From an uncultured Candidatus Actinomarina sp. (GTDB lineage: Bacteria; Actinomycetota; Acidimicrobiia; Actinomarinales; Actinomarinaceae): a DNA stretch of 64,000 bases. The stretch is taken from the NCBI GenBank assembly GCA_902555985.1, contig CACDUI010000003.1, forward strand, positions 12,432 through 76,431. The letters are read 5' to 3'. The notes under the pieces are model-generated. The model worked only from the letters and a program-made list of their open reading frames with translations. It was not told the origin of the DNA and did not search any database. Shown here piece by piece: positions 41,278-49,792 of this stretch (its first letter is position 1; every line of letters begins with the position of its first letter). A program made the translations under genes and the position numbers.

Positions 41278-41666
41278 TGTACAAAATATATTGTGACGGT
41301 GCGTCGCGTTCTAATCCTGGTGAAGCATCGATTGGAGTTTCAGTCACAAAAGAAGGTAATGAAATTGAATTTATTGCTAAAAAAATTGGTATAGCTACAA
41401 ACAATGTTGCAGAATATAAAAGCTTAAGATCAGCATTAATATATTGTGTAGAAAATAAAATTACAGATGCATGTATATATCTAGATTCTTTGCTTGTAGT
41501 TCAACAAGTCAATGAAAAATTTAAGGTAAAATCTGAAAACTTAAAAGAACTAAATGCACAATGTAAGGATTTAATGAGTCAGATTAATAGTCTCGAGATT
41601 ATTCATGTACGTAGGGAGAAAAATAAGCGTGCTGATGAGCTCGCAAATATTGCGTTGGATTCATGA
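41277..41666 (+). CDS. rnhA: Ribonuclease H (RNase HI-like, stand-alone)
   Basis: The N-terminal YCDGASRSNPGEASIG matches the DGASRGNPG RNase H motif, and NVAEYKSL and RADELAN fit the catalytic E and D. The start is taken at the TAATG overlap (41277); an in-frame ATG at 41247 is an alternative. Confidence 0.7.
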   Translation: MYKIYCDGASRSNPGEASIGVSVTKEGNEIEFIAKKIGIATNNVAEYKSLRSALIYCVENKITDACIYLDSLLVVQQVNEKFKVKSENLKELNAQCKDLMSQINSLEIIHVRREKNKRADELANIALDS

Positions 41667-42139
41667 TTATATTGTGGACTACCAGTTTTTCTATACTTCT
41701 TTTCCTTTATATTTTTAAGGACAAAAATGCTGATCTAAGATTTGTAATTTTAGGTAGTTTGTTTCCAGTTTTTTTGGATTTTTTGCTTTACTTTCTCGGC
41801 GTTACTCAACAAAGTAAATTTATTGGTCATAGTATTTTTTTTATTATTATTTTATTTTTTTTAGTTATGATTATTACAAAAAGAGGAACACTATTTCGGT
41901 CTAATGCTTTATTATTTTCAATTGGCTCATTCTTTTATTTAGTTCTCAGTTTTACTTGGTTAAATCAACAAGTGATCCTTTATCCACTTTTTGAACAATC
42001 AGATGATAATTTTGCATTAGCAAATAACATACAATTTTTACTGGGTGTTTTGGGTTTATTTTATCTATTTTTTAAAATTAGAAATTTTGCTTCGTTGAAA
42101 AACTTTATTAGAACTGGTAAATTTACTTACTCGAAATAA
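41663..42139 (+). CDS. Hypothetical small integral membrane protein
   Basis: 158 aa with 4 predicted TM helices. It has no recognisable motif. Confidence 0.35.
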   Translation: MIILWTTSFSILLFLYIFKDKNADLRFVILGSLFPVFLDFLLYFLGVTQQSKFIGHSIFFIIILFFLVMIITKRGTLFRSNALLFSIGSFFYLVLSFTWLNQQVILYPLFEQSDDNFALANNIQFLLGVLGLFYLFFKIRNFASLKNFIRTGKFTYSK

Positions 42140-42866
42140 ACATATTTATAGAAACTAATGTTAAAAATATTCCAAAACCAATGTTCAATAAATCTCTTGG
42201 TATTACATTAAATGCTAAGGTTCCACCAACAATTGAACCTAAAACTCCAAATACTCCAACAATTAAACCAATCTTTAGTAGTTCAGTATCTTTTCTAATT
42301 TTAGTGGCAGCCGCAGTTAGCGCAGTAGGTATTGTTGTAAGTAATGAAATCCCTTGGGCAATAATTTGTTCAAAACCACCAAAAAATATCAGCATAGGAA
42401 TTCTAATAATCCCTCCACCAATACCCAGAAGACCAGAACCTATTCCTGACACAAGGCCGATTAAGAAATAAAGAACTAAGTTGTCTTGAAAAGCAGATGA
42501 GACAGATGTTGAAAAAATGATCCTATACGCAGAAGCTATTAATAGAATTGCAAATAATTTTTTCAGTAGTGCAGTATTAATACTTTCAGTTAATTTGCTT
42601 CCAATGTAACTTCCAAATATCCCTCCAAAAACAATTATCAAAATTTCAAATAACAAATTTGAACCATTTGAAAAATCGTTGAGAACATAAGTAATACTGC
42701 TTCCAGATGCTACAAAGACTACAGCTAGGGATGACACACCTGTATTAATTTTGAAATCTGATTTAGTTAAATACGTTAAAAGAGGAACAAAGACAACCCC
42801 TCCACCTATGCCTAATATTCCCGAAAGCAGTCCACCAATGGAACCAATTATGAAATATATAATCAC
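42123..42866 (-). CDS. Sulfite exporter TauE/SafE family membrane protein
   Basis: 247 aa with two repeated 4-TM halves and Gly-rich motifs (GIGGGVVFVPLL, GIGGGIIRIPML) typical of the TSUP family. Confidence 0.7.
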   Translation of the reverse strand: MIIYFIIGSIGGLLSGILGIGGGVVFVPLLTYLTKSDFKINTGVSSLAVVFVASGSSITYVLNDFSNGSNLLFEILIIVFGGIFGSYIGSKLTESINTALLKKLFAILLIASAYRIIFSTSVSSAFQDNLVLYFLIGLVSGIGSGLLGIGGGIIRIPMLIFFGGFEQIIAQGISLLTTIPTALTAAATKIRKDTELLKIGLIVGVFGVLGSIVGGTLAFNVIPRDLLNIGFGIFLTLVSINMFISSK

Positions 42867-43847
42867 TTATTTTCGCAATTTGGGCAAAAGTTCTTTACCG
42901 AGTAATTTTATTGTTTCTTCCTGGTTAATAGAAGATATTTGAATAGTAACTATATCTGAATCAAATTCGTTAACTAAAGGACTATAAATTTCAACTAGAT
43001 CATCAATAGTCGATGCTTTTGAAAATTTAGCCATGATTTCTTCCTTAGGGAAGCTATCAGCTTCAATTCTTAGCGCTTCAGGATCTAATTGCTGAAGCCT
43101 GCTTGGAGCTCTAAGACCTCTCCATGACCTAAGGGCAGTCCATGCATCTTCATCGTTTTCAGCAAACATAGTCCATCTATATGTGTGAATAGATAGATTT
43201 TCCCTATTTAATTCACTACTTCTTTGTTTTGCTGGGTCGATAACTCTTTCATAGGAATCTTTAGGGTCTTTGACACTAATCATTAGCCCATCTGCATACT
43301 CCGCTGCTACTTGTGAAGATTTAGGCCCACCCGCAGCTAACCAAATTGGAATATTTTGATTAGGAGGTGAATATAATTTTGCTTTTTCTGTTGTGTAATA
43401 TTCACCATTAAAGTCTAATTTTTCTCCACTAAGCAATCTTCGAATAATAGTAAGGGCCTCTATAAGTCTATTTTTTCTTTCTTCATATTTAGGAAAATCA
43501 TACCCTAAAGGACCTTCATTTATATTTTCACCAGTTCCAACTCCAAGATGAAAAGTTGAAGGTGAAAGTCTATCAACTGTTGCAGCTGCCTGTGCAATAA
43601 CACCTGGATGAATTCTCCATAAAGGTGTTGTTACACCAGTACCAAGGTCCATTTCTGGAATTTTATTCGCAAGCGCACCTAGAGTCGTCCAGGTAAAATT
43701 TGATGCAGAATGGTCGTCTACCCATGGGTGAAAATGTTCCGAAATAGTTAACATATCAAAACCAGCTTCTCTTGCTATTTCTGCATGCTTTAATAAATCT
43801 TCAGGTTGCCACTGTTCAGATCCCAGAAAATAAGAAAATTTTGTCAT
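42867..43847 (-). CDS. Luciferase-like monooxygenase (LLM) family, F420-dependent oxidoreductase-like
   Basis: 326 aa TIM-barrel LLM signature (FDMLTISEHFHPW, LGVGTGENINEGPLGYDFP). Confidence 0.7.
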   Translation of the reverse strand: MTKFSYFLGSEQWQPEDLLKHAEIAREAGFDMLTISEHFHPWVDDHSASNFTWTTLGALANKIPEMDLGTGVTTPLWRIHPGVIAQAAATVDRLSPSTFHLGVGTGENINEGPLGYDFPKYEERKNRLIEALTIIRRLLSGEKLDFNGEYYTTEKAKLYSPPNQNIPIWLAAGGPKSSQVAAEYADGLMISVKDPKDSYERVIDPAKQRSSELNRENLSIHTYRWTMFAENDEDAWTALRSWRGLRAPSRLQQLDPEALRIEADSFPKEEIMAKFSKASTIDDLVEIYSPLVNEFDSDIVTIQISSINQEETIKLLGKELLPKLRK

Positions 43848-43879
43848 TTACATATATTAGCGAAACACTATTTTTAGGT

Positions 43880-43901
43880 GAGTGCCCCCTGAGGGGCACT
43901 C
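43880..43901. terminator. Strong GC hairpin immediately downstream of rnpB, a putative intrinsic terminator or processing structure
   Basis: Perfect 9-bp stem GAGTGCCCC/GGGGCACTC with loop CTGA in a 30% GC background. A T-run follows on the plus strand (GATTTTG) and an A-run precedes it. Confidence 0.45.
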
Positions 43902-43908
43902 GTGATTT

Positions 43909-44241
43909 TGTGAGATTATAAGCCGGATTCTGTATATGTTGCACATACGATAATCATCCATCTTGTATATTTGTTACCAAATATATCTAGCTACTTACCC
44001 GCAATTGTTTGCCGAGCCGGCTAATTGCTTCTTAGTATTGCTCCTAGAGGGGTTTACAAGCTTGTTTAATCACTTAAACAACTGGTGGTCTCTTACACCA
44101 CCTTTTCACCCTTGCTTATCTAAGATAAGCGGTTTGTTTTCTGCTGCACTTTCCGTCAATTACTTGCCTGGGAGTTACCCAGCTCTATTGCTCTACGGAG
44201 TCCGGACTTTCCTCGATAAATCGCGATTATCCATCTCACTT
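43909..44241 (-). ncRNA. rnpB: RNase P RNA, bacterial type A
   Basis: The minus-strand sequence contains GAGGAAAGTCCGGACTCC (P4 5' strand), AAGGGTGAAAAGGTGGTGTAAGAGACCACCAG (P10-P12 conserved region) and ACAGAATCCGGCTTATAA (P4 3' strand). P1 pairs GTGAGAT (5') with ATCTCAC (3'). The segment is GC-enriched. Confidence 0.9.
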
Positions 44242-44256
44242 AATTTATAGTAATTC

Positions 44257-44745
44257 TTAATTGGTTAGATGTGAATAGTTATTAATAATTTCTTGAAAAT
44301 CATTTATTGATATTGGACCAATGTACTTTTTGATCACTTCACCATTCTTCAAGATATGTGTTTCTGGAACCCCAAATACTCCAGAATAAATTGCTATTTT
44401 ACTTTTTTGGTCGACCAGGTAATTTATATTACCAGCTCCATATTCTGAAATGAATTTTAGTGCGTTGTCCCTACTGTCTTGAAAAGAAAGCATATACACA
44501 GAATCTTCGAATCCTTTAGTTTTTGATAATTCAATAAGGTAGGGGTGTTCTTCGATACATTCCAAACACCATGAAGCCCAGTAGTTGATAATCAGAAGCT
44601 CTTTATCTGATATATCAATATTTTCGCCTGTATCTAAAGTTTTTAAGTTATTTAAATCTGATGAATTTATAAAGATACCATCATCAGTAGCATTTGAACT
44701 ACAAAAAGAAATTAATAAGACGAATATAAGCAGTTTAATTTTCAT
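44257..44745 (-). CDS. ccmG: Thiol:disulfide oxidoreductase, CcmG/DsbE/TlpA family
   Basis: 162 aa with a signal peptide. The thioredoxin fold shows WASWCLECIEEHP (CxxC) and GVFGVPETHIL, matching CcmG GVYGxPETFLI. Confidence 0.7.
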   Translation of the reverse strand: MKIKLLIFVLLISFCSSNATDDGIFINSSDLNNLKTLDTGENIDISDKELLIINYWASWCLECIEEHPYLIELSKTKGFEDSVYMLSFQDSRDNALKFISEYGAGNINYLVDQKSKIAIYSGVFGVPETHILKNGEVIKKYIGPISINDFQEIINNYSHLTN

Positions 44746-45271
44746 AAATTGACAATATTTCCTCGATTATTTCTAGATCGTCACCTGATAAAATAGGATT
44801 AGTCCTTAGAAGACTTAATATGTCATATCCCTCATTTCTAGTCTCTTCTTGTTGAATAAGGATAATTCCAAAATACGTCTTTGCTAGAAGTGAGTCTGGA
44901 GATATCGTTAATGCTTCTTCAATATAATTTAAAGACGTTGCAGTGTCACCTGAGTCATGTACCATCCATCCTATCTGAGATAATGCAAGACTTTTTAGTT
45001 CTAGATCTTCTGAATTTTGTGCGACATACATGAAGTGGGGTAGAGCACTTGAATAGTTAAATTCTTCAAAATATCTATTTGCAAGAGCTATTCGCATAGG
45101 AAAAATATTTGGATTTAGCTCTATGACTTTTTCCATTTCAGCATTTGATACATCTTCTAAGTTAGTTGAAGTATTTTCATTATTTGATGTATTCTCATTT
45201 AAATTTAAGAATAGAAACATAGGAAAAAGAAATAGAAACATTCCTGCATAAAGCCATTTATTTTTTAGCAT
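44735..45271 (-). CDS. TPR-repeat protein, CcmI / CcmH C-terminal-domain-like
   Basis: 178 aa with an N-terminal TM helix followed by TPR-like repeats. It lies between ccmH and ccmG. Confidence 0.5.
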   Translation of the reverse strand: MLKNKWLYAGMFLFLFPMFLFLNLNENTSNNENTSTNLEDVSNAEMEKVIELNPNIFPMRIALANRYFEEFNYSSALPHFMYVAQNSEDLELKSLALSQIGWMVHDSGDTATSLNYIEEALTISPDSLLAKTYFGIILIQQEETRNEGYDILSLLRTNPILSGDDLEIIEEILSIYEN

Positions 45272-45617
45272 ATAATTTCCTTACAAATAACAAAATAAAA
45301 ATTGATATTAAAACTAATGGGATTATTAGTATTTCTAAATTTTGATTTATAGGATTTGTAATTATTCTTTCCCCATATCTTGAGACCCAAAAAGAGTATA
45401 TTTCATCATCTGTCATGCCGTTGTTTATTTGCTCTAAAAGAATAGCACCCATATCATCTGCATATTCTGATGGTGAGTCATAAATAGTCTCGCCTTGACA
45501 TACAGGGCACAATAACGATTTACTCCATTCTTCATATCTAGATTCATTATCGGGAAAAATACTTGGTAAAATCATTAACAGAACTAGTAGAAAAATAGTT
45601 AAATATTTATTTTTCAT
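45258..45617 (-). CDS. ccmH: Cytochrome c-type biogenesis protein CcmH
   Basis: 119 aa with a signal sequence and LCPVCQGETIYDSPSEYA, matching the CcmH LRCxxCQ motif. It has a C-terminal TM helix. Confidence 0.7.
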   Translation of the reverse strand: MKNKYLTIFLLVLLMILPSIFPDNESRYEEWSKSLLCPVCQGETIYDSPSEYADDMGAILLEQINNGMTDDEIYSFWVSRYGERIITNPINQNLEILIIPLVLISIFILLFVRKLYAKK

Positions 45618-47502
45618 ATTTTCTCAATCTAGGTAAAAATGAAATACTTGATATAAATAAGCCAATCCACATAATAAAAATTCCATAATTGTTTCTAACG
45701 ATAAGCTTATAACTGTTCTCATCAATAAATTTTACAGTTATATAAATATCATTTAAAAAAGTTCTAAATACTGCTGGAGAACTTATTGCTTGTTGAGAAG
45801 AATTTTTAAATATATTTAGTGATGTAAACTTTGTATTACTTCCGTTTGATATGGGTAGTTTAATTATATTCTTTTCAGGTAAACTTTCTTCGATTGAATC
45901 ATAAACAAAGAAAGTTTGATTGTTGAAACTGAATTCTTCAAATGAGTTAATTTCTTTTTCTGTAGAGTAACTTTGACTTACATTAAAAATTATTCCTAAA
46001 GCAAAAATTCCAATTCCTAAATGTGCAATTTGACCAGTCCAATAAGAAGTATTTGTTTTTTTATTTCTAAAGTTTTTATAAAAATTGTTAAAAGTAATAA
46101 CAATCAGCAAAACAGAAATAATAACCGTAAAGATTAAAATGTACGAATTATTCAAGTAAAACAATATGAAAATACTTAAAACCAATGAGCTGTTTATTAA
46201 AATATTATTTTCTTCAACCCATTTTTCAATATTTATATTTTTTATTGGAAGTTTTACTGAAAAGATCATTAGTCCTAATAAAATCAACAAAAGAGGACCT
46301 ACTAAAATATCGTAATAAGATCTTCCAATTGTGATCTGTCTGCTGTACAAAGTTTCATATATTAACGGAAATATAGTGCCTATAAAGATAACAAGGGCAG
46401 ATGAAAATAGAAATATATTGTTGTATACAAAGAAACCTGATTTTCCAAACCAGTTCTCAATCTTTTTAGATTTAGAAAAATATTCAATATTTTTTGATCC
46501 TATAAAAATAAAAATGAAACCAAAAAACAACATTCCAAATAACAAATAGGTGCCGATATTTCCATTAGAAAATGCATGAACTGATATGAGCACACCAGAA
46601 CGAGTAACAAATGTGCCAAATATTGTTGATAAAAACATTAGCCCGACAAGAATATAATTCCAATTTAATAATGTGTTTTGAGATTTCTGTATCTTTGCTG
46701 AATGAAGAAAAGCTGTAGCAAGTAGCCAGGGAATAAATGATACATTTTCAACTGGATCCCAAGCCCAATAACCGCCCCAGCCTAATACCTCATATGACCA
46801 AGCCGCACCTAGGGTAATCCCAATTGTTAAAAACAACCATGGTATGTATGTTGTTTTTTCGGCAACCTCAACCCATGCATTAGTGTCATCACTTTTTGAA
46901 TATAGCCTACTTGTTGCTGCAACAAATGGCATTGTCATACCAACATATCCCACGTACAGCATGGGCGGGTGTATAGCCATAAGAGGGTGGTTTTGAAGTA
47001 GAGGATTAGGCCCACGTCCAATATTGCTAATTACTAATTCTTGAAAAGGTAGAATTGTTGAGTTACTACAGCCCACAACTGCAAGTTCTATGCAACCAGC
47101 AAATGGAGATGAACTAAAAACTGTGTATCCTACAAAAAATATCATAATAAGAGAAAAAATTTTAATATCTAGATCTGAAGAGTTATCTTTATAAAGTTTT
47201 AAATAAATATACATAAAAAAACTTAAGCAAAGATTCCACAACAAAATAGACCCATCTAATGATCCCCAAAGGGATGCAAACTTATAAAGAGGGGGAGTAG
47301 ATTTAGCTGAATAATTAGCAATATAAGATACAGAAAAATCATTCAAGAAAAGACCGATTTCAAGAAGGCAAAATAAGAAGATTTGAATAAATAAATTCAC
47401 TCTGACAAGTATTTCTGTATAGATATCTTTATTCTTAAAAAATAAAAATATTAGCAAAGCAAAACTTATCCAGCTGAAAATAATACCAGTGTTATAAATC
47501 AT
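45607..47502 (-). CDS. ccmF: Cytochrome c-type biogenesis protein CcmF (haem lyase subunit)
   Basis: 631 aa. It has GRGPNPLLQNHPLMAIHPPMLYVGYVG and the WWD domain WGGYWAWDPVEN. Confidence 0.85.
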   Translation of the reverse strand: MIYNTGIIFSWISFALLIFLFFKNKDIYTEILVRVNLFIQIFLFCLLEIGLFLNDFSVSYIANYSAKSTPPLYKFASLWGSLDGSILLWNLCLSFFMYIYLKLYKDNSSDLDIKIFSLIMIFFVGYTVFSSSPFAGCIELAVVGCSNSTILPFQELVISNIGRGPNPLLQNHPLMAIHPPMLYVGYVGMTMPFVAATSRLYSKSDDTNAWVEVAEKTTYIPWLFLTIGITLGAAWSYEVLGWGGYWAWDPVENVSFIPWLLATAFLHSAKIQKSQNTLLNWNYILVGLMFLSTIFGTFVTRSGVLISVHAFSNGNIGTYLLFGMLFFGFIFIFIGSKNIEYFSKSKKIENWFGKSGFFVYNNIFLFSSALVIFIGTIFPLIYETLYSRQITIGRSYYDILVGPLLLILLGLMIFSVKLPIKNINIEKWVEENNILINSSLVLSIFILFYLNNSYILIFTVIISVLLIVITFNNFYKNFRNKKTNTSYWTGQIAHLGIGIFALGIIFNVSQSYSTEKEINSFEEFSFNNQTFFVYDSIEESLPEKNIIKLPISNGSNTKFTSLNIFKNSSQQAISSPAVFRTFLNDIYITVKFIDENSYKLIVRNNYGIFIMWIGLFISSISFLPRLRKYEK

Positions 47503-47900
47503 TCTGAGTAGTTTTCAACGTTATATGTTTCGCCATCACTTGAAACATATTCATTGTCATGTTTTACTAACATATCATCTGCAAAAAAAGCATCATCTTC
47601 AAATACACCATCAAGAATTACACCCATGTTTTCTTGAAATAGGTCTGGTATAAAACCATCAAATACTATTTCAATATCTTTATTTCCATCAGTGATCGTA
47701 AAAATTGTAAATCCAGCATCTTTAGATATTGAATTTTCTACAACAAAACCACCTAATTTAATTCTTTCATTTTTTGAAATTTCTATATTAGTTGTTTCTG
47801 ATGTCGTATAATAATAAATCGTATTCCTAGAGGCAATGATGGTACTTGCATAAATAATTAGTCCAATGCCCAAAAGGACAACGATAAAATTTTTCTTCAC
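47499..47900 (-). CDS. ccmE: Cytochrome c maturation haem chaperone CcmE
   Basis: 133 aa with an N-terminal TM anchor, an OB-fold, and a C-terminal VKHDNEY containing the conserved haem-binding His. Confidence 0.8.
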   Translation of the reverse strand: MKKNFIVVLLGIGLIIYASTIIASRNTIYYYTTSETTNIEISKNERIKLGGFVVENSISKDAGFTIFTITDGNKDIEIVFDGFIPDLFQENMGVILDGVFEDDAFFADDMLVKHDNEYVSSDGETYNVENYSE

Positions 47901-47905
47901 TCTAC

Positions 47906-48574
47906 TTAAATTTTAGCTCTTGATTTAGGATTTAAATAATCGTCCCACAATATATCATTAGAATTTCTAAATTTTTTGGCAAGAAATACATGAACAAGTG
48001 TCACTAATAATACACTTAGCAATAAAGTTAGGAGGATATCAGTTGACATAGGTGCATCGCCTGATGCAACAGTTTCCTGACTCAAGATACTTGCTTGTTG
48101 ATGAACTGATCTCCACCAAATTACACTAAAGTGCAATATAGGAATTTGAATCACGCCAAAAATCCCAATAAAGGATGAATTTCTTGCAGTCTTTCCTAAA
48201 TCTTTATTAAATTGTCTAGATGCAATGTATCCTAAGTAAACAAGTAAAAGAATGGCTGTTAAGTTAAGTCTTGCATCACCCCAAACCCACCAAGTTCCCC
48301 AGGTCTGCTTACCCCAATATGAACCTGCAAGTAGGGTAATAACAGTAAACACAACTCCAGACTTTGCATTTGATACTGCTAATGAATCGAATTTATGTTT
48401 TTTAGTAAAAAAATATAGAACGGAGTATACAAAAGTCAGAGTATATCCAAGATAGGCAACCCAGACAGTAGGCACATGAATATACAAAAGTTTTGAGTAT
48501 ATACCTTGAGTAACATCGTAAGGTCCAAAAAAAGACAATCCAAGCCATACAACTAATGGTCCGTACAACATCAT
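47906..48574 (-). CDS. ccmC: Haem exporter protein CcmC
   Basis: 222 aa with the WWD motif WGKQTWGTWWVWGDARLNLT. Confidence 0.85.
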   Translation of the reverse strand: MMLYGPLVVWLGLSFFGPYDVTQGIYSKLLYIHVPTVWVAYLGYTLTFVYSVLYFFTKKHKFDSLAVSNAKSGVVFTVITLLAGSYWGKQTWGTWWVWGDARLNLTAILLLVYLGYIASRQFNKDLGKTARNSSFIGIFGVIQIPILHFSVIWWRSVHQQASILSQETVASGDAPMSTDILLTLLLSVLLVTLVHVFLAKKFRNSNDILWDDYLNPKSRAKI

Positions 48575-49206
48575 TTTGCACTCCTTAAGTAAAAGTTAGT
48601 AAATGCATAAACTACCAAAGTAATACCTAAATACATTACTAAGTAAATATTACTGATGTCTTGATTTACACCTAACCAAAGTGGTGCAATCAAAATTGCG
48701 AAACCGATATAAATTGGAACAATTAGTGTAAATTGTACAAATCTATTACTGAAACTAGTAAATACCTGAAAAAATAGATTTATCATAATTGTGTTCAAAC
48801 AAAAAAATAATACAGCTAATGAAATGTGTATTAGAGGTGAATTAAGAGAAGTATTTGTGAATCCAGAAAAAAGGATTAACAGAAGAATAATCTGGGGATA
48901 AATTATTCCAACTTCTGAAACTGTTTTACTGTAAAAATAATCAACTTTTTTAATTGTTCCAAAATTTAATTCTTTAACTAATTTTTGTTCATCAAGAGGA
49001 TTTCTTATGGAAAAAAGAGTAGTAAAAATGATTAGAAATAAAAGTTCAACAATTAAAAAAATATCACTGTCAACTCGGAATCTATTTTCTGACAAAATAG
49101 GAAATAGAATTATTAGGACGCACATTGTTGGTGTAATTAAAAATAAAGAAGTGTTATTTCTAAATTCCATATTTATTTCTTTTTTAATTATGAATTTTTT
49201 AATCAT
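48571..49206 (-). CDS. ccmB: Haem exporter permease CcmB (ABC transporter membrane subunit)
   Basis: About 200 aa, six predicted TM helices, positioned between ccmA and ccmC. The call rests on position and topology. Confidence 0.6.
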   Translation of the reverse strand: MIKKFIIKKEINMEFRNNTSLFLITPTMCVLIILFPILSENRFRVDSDIFLIVELLFLIIFTTLFSIRNPLDEQKLVKELNFGTIKKVDYFYSKTVSEVGIIYPQIILLLILFSGFTNTSLNSPLIHISLAVLFFCLNTIMINLFFQVFTSFSNRFVQFTLIVPIYIGFAILIAPLWLGVNQDISNIYLVMYLGITLVVYAFTNFYLRSAK

Positions 49207-49792
49207 TTAAGTTTATGGTTCTTTCAACATCTTTAAGAGCATGGATGCTTTCCTGACTAGATAAAATTGTAGTTCTTCCCGCAGATTCTCTTTTGCTAAA
49301 TAAATCAAATAAAAGTTTTACCCCATTTTCATCGAGGTAGACTACTGGTTCATCAACACAAAGTACATCAGGATTTTTAATATCTGCAATAGCAATTTCA
49401 CTTCTCTTGACCATACCACTTGAGAAGTCTTCAATTAAGTCATCTTTAAAGTTGTATAGCTCGTACTTATTTAATATTTCTATTACATTTTCTTTAACCA
49501 AATTTTCATTATGAAGAAAATAATTTATATTCTCAATTAAGGACATTTTTGATATTAAAGAGGGCGTCGATCCAATTTCGATTATTGAATTGTTTCCTCT
49601 TTCAATATCTGATTTGAAAGTATTGCCTATAAAGTTATTGCTGATACACATAATCAGTGTTGTTTTACCTGAACCATTTTTACCAATAATTTCATAATTT
49701 TTTGAAAGCTCTAAAGAAATATCTTTATTATTTATTACAAGTTGATTCCCGTATCCAAGTGATAAATTATTTGATTTGAAAATTAAACTCAT
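49199..49792 (-). CDS. ccmA: Cytochrome c biogenesis ABC transporter ATPase CcmA
   Basis: 197 aa with Walker A GKNGSGKTTL, ABC signature FSSGMVKR and Walker B VLCVDEP. Confidence 0.7.
   Translation of the reverse strand: MSLIFKSNNLSLGYGNQLVINNKDISLELSKNYEIIGKNGSGKTTLIMCISNNFIGNTFKSDIERGNNSIIEIGSTPSLISKMSLIENINYFLHNENLVKENVIEILNKYELYNFKDDLIEDFSSGMVKRSEIAIADIKNPDVLCVDEPVVYLDENGVKLLFDLFSKRESAGRTTILSSQESIHALKDVERTINLND

Noticed and set aside
43963-44250. 95-aa plus-strand ORF (MYICYQIYLATYPQLF...)
   Set aside because: It lies entirely inside the RNase P RNA gene on the opposite strand. Its amino-acid composition is atypical and it has no RBS. It is an artefact of the GC-rich ncRNA.
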